Positions 49,065-61,093 of a DNA stretch of 64,000 nucleotides are shown here, piece by piece. Made by a program: the position numbers and the translations under genes. The notes under the pieces are model-generated. The model did not search any database. It worked only from the letters and a program-made list of their open reading frames with translations, and had not been told where the DNA came from. The stretch covers positions 78,182,001 to 78,246,000 of the forward strand of contig NC_079164.1 of the NCBI RefSeq assembly GCF_947568905.1, in the 5' to 3' direction. The first letter of the stretch is position 1. Each line of letters begins with the position of its first letter. Source of the DNA: Ostrea edulis (taxonomy: Eukaryota).

Positions 49065-52000
49065 ATGGATACAGTTGCAATAATTCTTACAACTATTTTC
49101 GGATTTCTAGTTTTCTTGTGTGTATTTTGGCGGAAAAAGAGAAACCTACCCCCTGGACCAACTCCAGTACCACTCCTAGGAAACCTGATTCTGTTCCGTA
49201 AAGATCCACGTGCATATAAATTGTACACAAAGCTCGCGGAAGAATATGGAAATATTTACAGCCTTCACTGCGGGTCGACCCTTATAGTTATTCTTAATGG
49301 ATATGACGCAATAAACGAAGCTTTCGTAAAACAGGCAGACGTTTTCACAGACAGGCCCCAGTTGTTTGTTCCGCTCATTGGTGTCTCAAAGGGAACAGGT
49401 AGTACCATAGTACCATTGTCTCTTTAATCAAAATATTCTAGTACCTTTATGAAAATTAGTTGCCATAAACTATCGTTCAACCTTACATACTTTATAACAA
49501 TGATATTAGTTACTAGCATGTATCGGTCAAGTCTTTTAGATATGACCTTAGATAGAAGGTCCCAGTTCACGACAGATGGTATGATAAAGACCCCTCTCTG
49601 TTATGGCTGTAAGCGCCGTATTCTCAAATTTTCTTGGTGATGTCCTCGAATGGGGCGTAATATAAAACAACACACAAATAGCTAGTAGCATGTCCTATCT
49701 ATCGTTTATGCGTTTTCACTTGTGTATACATAAGATTTAACGAATATTCATTATCAGGATGCTGCTTTACATAAAGATTAGTCTTTAAGGTTATATTTTT
49801 GAGAGAAAAAAGTCATGTTGTATATAAGGAGTATTTTGGATGCCTTTTGCAGATGAATTACACTATGTTTTCTGCCACCGCAGAACATTAGGTAACGGGA
49901 CGCTTTTATTCAATAGAAACATTACACTCTTTCAGGTTTAACATACAATAGTGATCGACCATGGAAAATCCTGAGACGGTTCGCTCTGCAAGCTCTAAGA
50001 GATTTTGGAGTGGGGAAAAAGTCACTAGAAGATAGGATACAAGAGGAAGTGCATGTTGTCATGGAAACGTTGAAAATCAGCGACGGACAGCCAATCCGAG
50101 TTAAACCGCTGTTTTTGTCAGCTGCAACAAACATCATATGCAGTGTCATGTTTGGTGCAAGGTTTGTCATAATTTGCACAAGGACTGAACCCCTGGTAAA
50201 GTAATAACAGAGGACTTTAATTTCATAACATATTTCCCCCCATATTTTGCAGGTTTCAGTACACAGATGACCGATTCAATGAGCTGACGGATGTTCTAGA
50301 CTCCATATTTCGACTTAACGCACCGTTTGCGAAGGAAAATTTCTTTCCGTTCACCAGAAACCTCCCTGGCGGGAAAGAGGCAAGTGTCTGACAATTGCTA
50401 TAAGATCGTCAAACAAGAAACATCAAATCAATAAATGCATTTAATAATCTACATTTATATTTCAGCTAATAAGAAAAAGAAGTGCTGCAATAGAGAAAGT
50501 GAAACAGTACCTAGCTGTAACCATAAAAGAACACGAGGAAACCTTTGACCCCGATATCATACGAGATTTCATTGATTTGTACATTAAGGCGTCTCGAGAC
50601 GAATCAGACCCCGAGATATACACTGGTCTGGTATTCTCTGGAATAACATTAAGATGGAAATTATTGTGAAAGCATCTGAACCAGTGATCATTATGAACAC
50701 GTCATCATATTATTTGCAGAAGCCAATGTTTATAAAGTCATCGTTGACCTTTTCCTCGCGGGAGGGGAGACAACTGGAACAAGTTTAGACTGGTCCCTAT
50801 TGTATATGATCACATTCCCAGACACACAAAGGAAGTGCCAGGAAGAAATTGATCACGTATGTTAGGCAACACGGCTCATGTAATATGATAAAAAAAAAAT
50901 TCTGAAATCCATTAATATACTACCATATCTACCAATATACACAAATCTTGTGATTCTTGACACAGGTTGTCGGTAAAAGCAGGTCCGTTGGTTTAGAAGA
51001 TAGGGGTAAAATGCCATACCTGGAAGCCACTTTGCTGGAAATTCAAAGAATAGCGAATACTTGCAAGTATCAACTTTCGATATTCTTCAAGTGGTGAATT
51101 TGATTAATTGTAATCTGCAGTATATATGTTTGAAATACATGTGAAATATACATTATAATTAACAATCTGGGGATTGTGTATTTTATAATTCCATTCCAGA
51201 AATAATATGATGGAAAAACTCTTGATTTCCTGTTTCAGTAACCTTCTCCCTTCCACACATTGCAAAACAAGATACCCAGTTGCTTGGATTTGATATTCCA
51301 AAAGATGCTATCATCATTGCCAATCTATACTCCGCCCACATCGACCAAAAGTATTGGGAAGAGCCTCACATGTTCAAACCTGAACGGTTTTTAAACGACG
51401 CTGGATCCCTTAAACGAAGGGACGCTTTTGTCCCCTTTTCCACAGGTATCTAGCCGTTACACATAAATTCTTTTTGAATTTTCCCATTTGCGAATGGTAC
51501 ATGTATTTGCGTCACCTGCAGAGGTTAACAACTAACCTCGGGTTTAGAATAGGAAATACATGCTCGACAAGATTTACTAGGCTTGGGTATCATTATTCTG
51601 TGTATAACATTCATCAAATTTCGTGAACATGATTTTATATAATTTAGTAGAATCCACTGACTTCCCGTTGAACTTGACTTTTATTTATTTGTATAAATGG
51701 TGGTCATCTTTAATTCATAGATAATCCCGCATTGCTTAACGTGAAACTATTGCTTAACATCTAAAGGCATTTGATATATTATCTGGAGACCAAGAGGTCT
51801 CGGACAGACGGAAGGGACACGACCCCCACCCCCTCCCGCCTTTTGCTTGAGCGGATGACACTACACGTGTACTCATATGCATAGAAACAAAAAGAGAAAG
51901 ATATTATTTTCCTTGTACCAAACTAATTTGCATTTTACATATTGATTTGTAATATGAATACTTGATAGTTACATGAACATATGTTACATTTAAATAACTT

Positions 52001-52276
52001 TTATATCAAATTGAATATAGAAATGATTCATTTTTTTTGCAAAATAAAAAAACACTCCAGCATTAGTACTATATATAAGCTTATTTTGATTGAGTAGGTC
52101 CACGTTTTTGTATTGGAGAACCACTTGCAAGAATGGAGTTGTTCTTGTTTTTCACCAATTTGCTGCAGAGGTTCCGGTTTTCGATGGATGATAAAGACAA
52201 CCCACCTTCACTTGACGGGATACAGGCCCTTACATTGACGGCACTGCCATACCGCTTGGTGGCGATTCCACGATAA
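49065..52276 (+). CDS. Cytochrome P450, CYP2 clan, 488 aa
   Basis: Exons 49065-49398, 49936-50161, 50253-50379, 50466-50625, 50720-50856, 50966-51062, 51239-51445, 52098-52276 in frame. TM anchor, PPGPTPVPLLGN, WKILRRF, AGGETT, EIQR, PERF, heme motif FSTGPRFCIG. Confidence 0.95.
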
Positions 52277-54137
52277 CATATAGTGAATAAATAAAAGACT
52301 ACAAAAAGTGTCTTTTTTAATTCAAATATTCTTTTTTGAGTTGGTCGTTGGGTCTTCACAAAATGAACAAGACCGTTTATAGACCACAAAATCCCTCCAA
52401 GGCTTGTCGAATTTTCTCACATCAATACCAGTGTTACCGTTTTGGGTGTAAAACAGCCATGTAAGATTTCTCTGTCTTACACGTAATTGAGTTTTTGCAT
52501 TCAAATGAGGATTTCGATAATGTCCTCAATGCTACTGAATTAAGGAACTAAACTGTTGGTAAAATATGAAAAATAATCCTTCATTATTTACTTTTGTGGC
52601 ATGGGAAATCCTACGAAACGGGGGCATTTGTTAAAGTTCCATTTTAAAGGTACATACATACTAATGATTAGAATGGGTTTTTTTTTCTTCTTTCCAAATT
52701 AGAATTGTTAAAGGATATATAATAGCGATGTGAAAAGGTAAGATAATGAACAGTGATCAATCTCATAACTCCTATAAGGAATACAAAATTAAAAGTTGGT
52801 ACCTAGAGGGAGCAAGCGTCGCCGCTCGAGCGGTCACACCCGCCATGATCCCTATATCTTGATAAGGTTTACGGAGTAACCCGTAGTCACAATTAGTGTG
52901 TAAAGAACGACCGAACAAGTCAGACAGTATTTGACCCAATGACAGGTTGTATTGGTAAGTTAGTTCGTTATAACGACCATAGAATTTGCGAAATGTTGAC
53001 TTCAAACGAGATTGTTGACACGGTTTGAACATCAGCTTGTTTGTCAGTAGCTTGTTTTGATTTAAACACTGGTCATACGTATACTGACTTGTGCAACGTG
53101 AACTATTTAATTTCACCACAAATGAAAGGAATACATGGAGGTCGAAATGACATCTTCATTTAGCCTTGCATGTATAATGTGCGCGCGCTTTCTACACTCG
53201 TGGTCGAAACAATGGCGTCGGTAAGTTTTGACATCGAGTTCACCGGATGTGGATGTACATGTAGGGTTACGGACCAATTAAACTAAATTCTCTATGCTAG
53301 ATAATGTGTAAAATACTAAAAGGTAGTTAGCTATGGTTGCAGGGAAAATAGCACGTGGTATGTTAGTAAGTCACGTGGTTAGCATTCTGCTTGTTCCGGA
53401 ACCCACGGTCGGTCGCACTCTTACCTGGTAAACGGAGTGCGACCGACCGAGAGTTTCCGACGATGGTAAAAAGACAGTCTGTTTGAAAATATTTTCATTT
53501 ATATTTCTACAACCGTAGTTTTTTTGTATGCATTTTGATAAAGTTTTGGTTTCATTTTAATCATAGAATACCGTAGTATTAATATCTTTATTAAAATCTT
53601 AATATCAGACTGACCTTTAATCCAAGACTTTGTAACTTACATGGATTTTTAGAAACTGATAATACTCCTAATAGTGTTCTTTTTTTAAATTCTCAAATAT
53701 TATAAGAAGAATTTTCTTGTATATTAACTGCAATAGAGTCATTACTTATATTTCCGATTTACTAGCATTGAACTTTTTTATGTTAGAAGACTTGAGTTGG
53801 TACTTATTTGATGTAATGGTTGATTTGTGTTGGTTATGTTGTGTTGACACCAAGAGACGAATCGAACTTAGGCGAATAAATTGTATGTAAATTTTAAATA
53901 CAAAAAGGTCAAGTTTAACATACAATAACCAGCATGATAACCCCAGTCTTTTCTTTTTAATTTCATAATTCCCTTTCAATATATAGAAATAAAAATATGC
54001 TTCTAAAGAATGACAGACAGTGATTGGATTACAAAACGCAGATGCGAACCTCTTTTTTAAAAAAAATCCAATCTGTCTTGTTTGCAAACAAACTTACACG
54101 CATAAAACAGTGCTAATATTGCCTTCTCAGGTTTGAC

Positions 54138-54200
54138 GTGAAAGGGAAAGACAACCCTAACCACATTGATGCTTTATGAATAAAGTGTCACTTACTGCTC
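54138..54200. mobile_element. Solo end of the Kolobok-type element found at 61421-62226
   Basis: aaagggaaagacaaccctaaccacattgatgctttatgaataaagt matches the reverse complement of 62175-62226. Confidence 0.65.
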
Positions 54201-54204
54201 AAAG

Positions 54205-55075
54205 AGCATTAGGCTCAGATCAGCTAAAGCAACATTAGAGCATTCAGCTCAGGTTAGCTAAAATCAACACTAAAGCATTCAGCTCAGGTCAGCTAAACTC
54301 GACACCAGAGAATTCATTCAGCTTAAGTCAGCTAAAATCAACACTAGAGCATTCAGCTCAGGTCAGCTAAATACAACACTTGAGCATTCAGCTTAGGTCA
54401 GCTAAAATCAACACTTGAGCATTCAGCTCAGGTCAGCAAAATTCAACAATAGAGCATTCAGCTCAGGTCAGCTAAAATCAACACTTGAGCATTCAGCTCA
54501 GGTCAGCAAAATTCAACACTAGAGCATTCAGCTCAGGTCAGCTAAAATCAACACTTGAGCATTCAGCTCAGGTCAGCAAAACTCAACACTTGAGCATTCA
54601 GCTCAGGTCAGCTAAAATCAACACTTGAGCATTCAGCTCAGGTCAGCAAAATTCAACACTAGAGCATTCAGCTCAGGTCAGCTAAAATCAACACTTGAGC
54701 ATTCAGCTCAGGTCAGCAAAACTCAACACTTGAGCATTCAGCTCAGGTCAGCTAAATACAACACTAGAGCATTCAGCTCAGGTCAGCTAAATACAACACT
54801 AGAGCATTCAGCTCAGGTCAGCTAAAATCAACAATAGAACATTCACTGCTACGGTAAGGTAAATCAACACTAGAGCATTCAGCTCAGGTTAGCTAAATTA
54901 AACACTAAAGCATTCAGCTCAGGTTAGCTAAAATAAACACTAAAGCATTCAGCTTAGGTCAGCTAAAATCACATTATAGCATTCAGCTCAGGTCAGCTAA
55001 AATCGACACTAAAGCATTCAGTTTAGGTCAGCTAAAATCAACACTAGAACATTCAGTTCAGGTCAGCTAAAATCA
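54205..55075. repeat. Minisatellite, 35-bp unit AGAGCATTCAGCTCAGGTCAGCTAAAATCAACACT, ~25 copies
   Basis: Homogeneous centre with diverged edges. Confidence 0.95.
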
Positions 55076-56459
55076 AGATGGTCTAATTTATTATAATTTG
55101 TTCACGGATAATGGTATTTATCGCAATTCAAGCTGTAACTGACGGTATTTTTCAACATTCCAAGTATGCATCAATTAACACCTATCGGTATAACTAATAC
55201 AATCCTTAAGATCTGATGAAAAATTTAGTAAAATAAACAACAGAATGTTACTTGAGAGCATACCTATAATGAGCGTACCGTATAAACCGTATAAACGATT
55301 GCCACCATCGTCATACACTCGGACGCGGGAACGATGATGTAACAGTATGAACATAATCGGGTTGTTAACACCGTGGTCATACATAGATGGACACGGAAGT
55401 TAGCCCCCTTCATGATACGATACATATTGCAATACTTATGCCGCGATTCAATACGATACAATTTACGGAAGAAACCAATACAAACAAAAATTTGATTGTA
55501 TACCAAGATTCACAATCATAAATTTAAATGCAAAATTTTTCCAAATTCCCAAACGGTAAGACGTCTATTGGATGTCTGTAGTTTAAACCAATAAAGTTCA
55601 TTATTATTTTCGTCAGACTCAAGGCAAACAACAATCTGAACATTATTGGACTCTATTTTGTCCGTCTTGCAGTTATTCTAGATAAGAACAGGTCAGGCCT
55701 GATGTGTTTTACTGAACCTGTTTGTAATAAACACATCGAACCGAAAATCAAGGCAATGAATCGAACATTGAATCGAGCGTTTATATTGAACAGTATCGAT
55801 ATTTCGGTGAATCATTTCAGCCCTAACCGAAGTAAGGAACTACACATTCCGTTTGCTTGAAAATATTACATCGTGTCATGAATGACTTTGGTTTAAACTA
55901 CATTTATTATTTGAACAATTCACGTGAAACGTAGCAACTATACTGAAGTGCAATCGGATGACTCCATCTTCGAATGTTAGAAGTGTAAGAAAGTAAAACA
56001 TCACGCAAATGTTCCACTCAAATAAAATTTTGATAATGAATATGCTATAAAATTGGCATATTGAATTGTTTACAAATCTGACACTTTCGCAATGTCACTC
56101 TTCCTTATTTTTCCGAACTGGTGACCTTGAGGGTGTGCATCAGAAATTATGAACAGAAATTACTGTCAATAAGGCAATAATTCATGAATCGAAATTCTCT
56201 GCTGATTTGACGGGTTTGTTGCCTCGGATCAATTCTGATTCAGGAGATTATAAATTTTCAATCACACATATGTTTTTCAGTTTGTTCTTGTATTTTTCAC
56301 TTTATTTACCGTCAGTTACAGTTTGTATTGTTTTAAATGCTATATACATGTATTAACTAATTCTGTTATCAAAAGAAGATGAATTTATATTATAAGTCCC
56401 TTAAAATGCATCACCTTTACTCAAGAATAGTTGTATCAGGATACATCACTATCTATATA

Positions 56460-56792
56460 ACACTGAGATTCCTCACAGATCATTCAACATCTGGACAATA
56501 TAACGCTGTCTGAGGTTCTTCACAGATCATCCTACATCTGGACAATATAACACTGTCTGAAGTTCCTCACAGATCATTCAACATCTGGACTATATAACAC
56601 AGGTTCCTCAAATATCATTCAACATCTGGACAATATAACGCTGTCTGAGGTTCTTCACAGATCATCCTACATCTGGACTATATAACACTGTCTGAGGTCC
56701 CTCACAGATCATTCAACATCTGGACTATATAACGCTATCTGAGGTTCCTCATATATCATTTAACATCTAGACTATATAACACTGTCTGAGGT
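56460..56792. repeat. Minisatellite, ~47-bp unit (cactgtctgaggttcctcacagatcattcaacatctggactatataa), ~7 copies
   Basis: Direct tandem copies. Confidence 0.9.
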
Positions 56793-57404
56793 TCCACAAA
56801 GGCCCTAAGCGTCGAGCATAAGCCTATATTTGGCAGCCCTTCACCAGTAATGGTGACCTCTCAATGTGAGTGAGAGGAACGTTAAATATTATACAGTTAC
56901 CGGTCGACAGGGGATGGCTACTCCTCCTAGACACCTGATCCCACCTATGGTGTGTCCAACTATCTATTTTTTATTGCTTATAGGAGTTATGAGATTGATC
57001 ACTGTTCGTTATATTCACCTTTCATACAATCGATCAGTCAATCCTCATTGACTATATATATTTATTTACCCCAAGTCTAATCATTGTTGACATGTTGTTA
57101 AGTATAACTATGTAAAGAGTGTAAAATGATATCTTTAACTGAAAGATTTTAAGATCATCATTATAAAGTATTCTTAACGGAAAAGTATTGTTACATTTAT
57201 GATACTTTCCGGTCAAAATGTCTTTACAAATTAACAGCCACATCTAACAGTTATAGTATTCGTTAAAGTCTCCTCGTGATAATATACTCCTGGTCCAACA
57301 ACAGAGACACGTTATGTCTCTGCCAACAGTGATACAATAAATTCAAATAAGACTGATTTTTACGTATCATATTCTGGAGTAACATTCTTTACACAATGCA
57401 ATGT

Positions 57405-58420
57405 TAACTAGAAAGAAGTGCTTTGGCGCACTAAAACTGACGTCTTCCATTCCATTTGTCATCGTTTTTTAAAAACATTTTTAGGGATCATCTTTAAAGT
57501 GGAAAATTAAGACTTACGGTGCATAACATTCGCCTATATGTAAATGAGCTTCAAACAAGGAACAGTGTTGTGAACATATGATAGTAAATTAAATTTGCCA
57601 ACATACCAAATATCCTATGTCAAAAGACAAAAAGTTATGGTCCGGACTAGACAATTGCTCTAAAAATTCTGTTATTTGACCTATACATAAAAGTTCAAGG
57701 TCAAAGGTCAGCAAAAATGACACATGACACACTGTCTTATCATGGTATACCCACATACCAAATTTCAAAGGCCTGGCCGAAAAATTCTATTTGACCTTTA
57801 CATAAAAGGTGAAGGTCAAAGGTTAGCAAAAATGACATGCAACACCCTGTCTTATCATGGTATACCCATATACCAAATATCAAAGGCCTAGCCCAAAAAT
57901 TCTATTATTTGAACTTTACATTAAAGGTCAAGGTAATCACAAATGGCACGTGACACACTGTCTTATCATGGTATACCCACATACCAAATATAAAAGGCGT
58001 ATGTTAAAAGACAAAAAGGTTATGGTCTGAACAACAAAAATGCCCAAAAAATTCTATTATTTGACCGTGACATAAAAGGGTCAAAGGTCAGCAGAAATGG
58101 CACATGACACACTGTCTTATCATAGTATACCCATATACCAAAGGCCTATGTCAGAAGACCAAAACGTTATGGCCCGGACAACAAACATGCCCAAAAACTT
58201 CAGTATTTGATCTTTAAATAAAAGGTGAAGGTCAAAGGTCATCAAAATGACACATGACACACTGTCTTATCATGGTATACCCACATACATGTACCAAATA
58301 TCAAAGGCCTCTGTCAAAAGACAAAAAAGTTATGGCCCGGACAAACATTGTATGAGAAACGGAAGAAGAAAAATTCACATTAAACAATATGTCCCCCATC
58401 TGGGAAGGGGAGACATAATG
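57405..58420 (-). mobile_element. HINE-like element with internal tandem units
   Basis: Repeated tgacacactgtcttatcatggtatacccacataccaaat units; terminal hairpin atgtcccc-catctgggaa-ggggagacat. Confidence 0.7.
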
Positions 58421-58870
58421 ATAGCTATACAGATATATCTAAATGTATACACAATTTAAGATATAATCAACCTAGAACTGTAGTATTCTAGAAGATAAAT
58501 ACTTTGGGGGATACACGATTGTAATTTTAGTGTCTATTTCAGCTTCAAAATGATAGAAATTATAAGAAAGCAAATGGACTTATTGGAAAAAGTCCTTTGT
58601 TTCCTTGGCAACATATCTGTTTTATCTCAATGTAATCACCCAGACACATCTTATTCGTCTTCATTCTCGCTGGTCTCCTCTAAATTCTTATCATCGCTGT
58701 TTTAACTCATTTCATTGTGTTTGCTCATGATCAAGTTTCTCGCTATCAGAATGAGTTTATTCACTTTCCAAACACTCCTTAGAAATGGAAAGTTTATGTA
58801 AAGTGTTACGACAGAATGAGGTTTGGAACATTATGTATTGTTACCTATGGATGCATTGGCTTATTTCAAT

Positions 58871-59143
58871 TTAGTCTTGACAATTGAAAATGTTGAGACA
58901 GCACTGACAACAGGATTCAGGGGTGTCCTCGTCAGATTCCTCTGATTTCTTATCATCATCATTTTCCTCTACACAATTATCTTCACTGGTCTCTGATTCA
59001 GCATTGTCCACAGACTTCAGTTCCTCGCTGATTTCTTCAGACTCGGACTTTTCACTGATTCCCAGCTCTGATCCACATTTATGAACCTCCTCATAACTTG
59101 AAGCTTCTGTGACCCGCTCATCTCTGACTGGATTATCTGACAT
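58871..59143 (-). CDS. Small acidic protein, 90 aa, with C-terminal Cys cluster; unknown function
   Basis: MSDNPVRDERV...EENDDDKKSEESDEDTPESCCQCCLNIFNCQD*; polypyrimidine/AG acceptor about 40 nt upstream (59183-59184) implies a 5' UTR intron; strongly E/D/S-biased codons unlike the flanks. Confidence 0.6.
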   Translation of the reverse strand: MSDNPVRDERVTEASSYEEVHKCGSELGISEKSESEEISEELKSVDNAESETSEDNCVEENDDDKKSEESDEDTPESCCQCCLNIFNCQD

Positions 59144-61093
59144 TTTAATAGAGCAAGGAAGGTGGTCGATCAATCATTAATCCTACATCAAAAAAAAAGT
59201 TAACATGGAAAATACATGCATTTTATCTAGTATATGTGAAGTTTGAACCAATTGTACAGCATAGAATTCTCTAGCAGTGGGGCTAGTCTACCACATTGAA
59301 TTCTATATGCTTGTAACACTAATTCAACAATTGTAAATGTCATACATTGTGTGACTTGAAAGACTTTACAACAAGAGACCCATTTCGCTAGAAGTGGGCC
59401 CAGTCTACCATACACAATATCATCAGTTCTAGATACTCGTCACATTAATTGTAAGTGATATGCATTGTGTGATTTGAAAGACGAGAGACCCATTATGAGT
59501 GAACAATTCTCGAGAGGAACATTAAACAAGATGCAATCACTATATACATGGTATCACAGGGTTCGGACCCAAAACGAGCTTAGCCCCTGCGATTCTCATG
59601 TTAAGTTGGTATAGCAAATGTAAATGTATGGGTGTTTTGTGTGTTGTTTTACACCCCGACCATTCTACCCCACCCATATAGATACGTCATCAGCTGTAGG
59701 TGTAGTCATACAATTTTGACCTAAGCATGTTGCTCAAGGCAACGAGGGTTTTTACCGTGGAAACACCTGTCATGACTCGGGACTTTGAAATGTAATCCGA
59801 TAGACCAATGACTCTCATTTTTAATGTTGCATGGGATTTCCATTTTATTCTTTTTTCTCGTTCGACTACTCGTGCAGCACTCGAGAAATCGTGAAAGGCA
59901 ATGGGACCCTGAGCGTCAAACATGGGTCTAAATTTGAGATATAGTTGGTGACGTCCTAATACGAGTGTAATATTCTCGAAGGGACATCAGATATACAAAT
60001 CATTTCAGTGGCGGATCCAGAGGGGGTGGGGGTCCGGGGTAGGAACCCCCCTTTCGTCATAACATTTTGCTGTAAAAGGAAAAAATAACGCATTTTGAGG
60101 ATGACACCCCCCCCCCCTTGACGCCCTTTCAAAAATTCCTGCACCCACCCCCGCATTTACTGTATTAGTTTGTAAAGGGATTTTTTTCCCAGCCAAGCAG
60201 TGGAACATCAACTGTTTAGTCTATGATCAATGTAGCCCAGCGATAGTCGACTCCTTGTTGAAATATCTGATAATCAAAATATTTGAAAAAAACACAGAAA
60301 GACCAAAATGGAATCACAACAGAGATATAGATGCGAACTGTTCAAATCATGGTCGGTGCAGCTACACAAGGGACTTTTAAGTTCAAGAGGTAGGCCGCTT
60401 ATGTGAGCGTGGTTGCCTGCTAGCAGCAGATCACGTGCGGCCCGCTGCAGAACTCCGATTACATGTATAGAACATTTTCGCGAGTTGTTCAGTACTACGA
60501 TAGTACATTGGTAAACATCAGCTGTTTTATTGAATGACCTTCAGAAACCCTCGTTACACAGATAGCTTGAACTGCTGTTTCTTATCAACAATACTACAGA
60601 AGGATTATGAGATAAGCAGCAAATGTAGTTTTCATTTTGTGAACTAACCGTCCGGTATTACAAAGTAAATCTACCTCAAGTCACTGCCAGCGTCAACTAA
60701 CTCATCAAAATGGTCCATCTACACAAAGGCCACAAACGGAAGGAAGGAACGGACGTTGGAAAAATTATCCACCAAATGAAGGTAACCTTTAACCTAATTC
60801 TGGGGGTATCAGCGCCGACTTTAATGACAAAAAATTACTTAATGTTAAAGATAGAACCTTATTCACTATCTATGCATCAACGACGATAATAAGTGCTAAT
60901 TATCATTCGGACTAATTCTGGAAAATACGTTGATTTAGAGATTAAGTCTTTGAAACATCATTGAATATGTATATTGGGAGTAGGTGGGTTGGGTCAATCA
61001 ATGTTTTAGGTTTAGATATGACTCTTTATCAAAGGATACATCTTGTCATCAGAAACCGTTTTTATGTAGCACACATCAGTGATAAGAAATATA

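Noticed and set aside
54205-55075. CRISPR-like appearance of 35-47-bp repeat arrays (also 1441, 34392, 56460, 62396)
   Set aside because: Units are directly adjacent with no unique spacers, there are no cas genes and the DNA is eukaryotic; these are minisatellites.
60300-60480. CpG-rich patch as a bidirectional promoter or 5' UTR exon for the esterase and acidic ORF
   Set aside because: Plausible, but no splice path or start site can be fixed from sequence alone.
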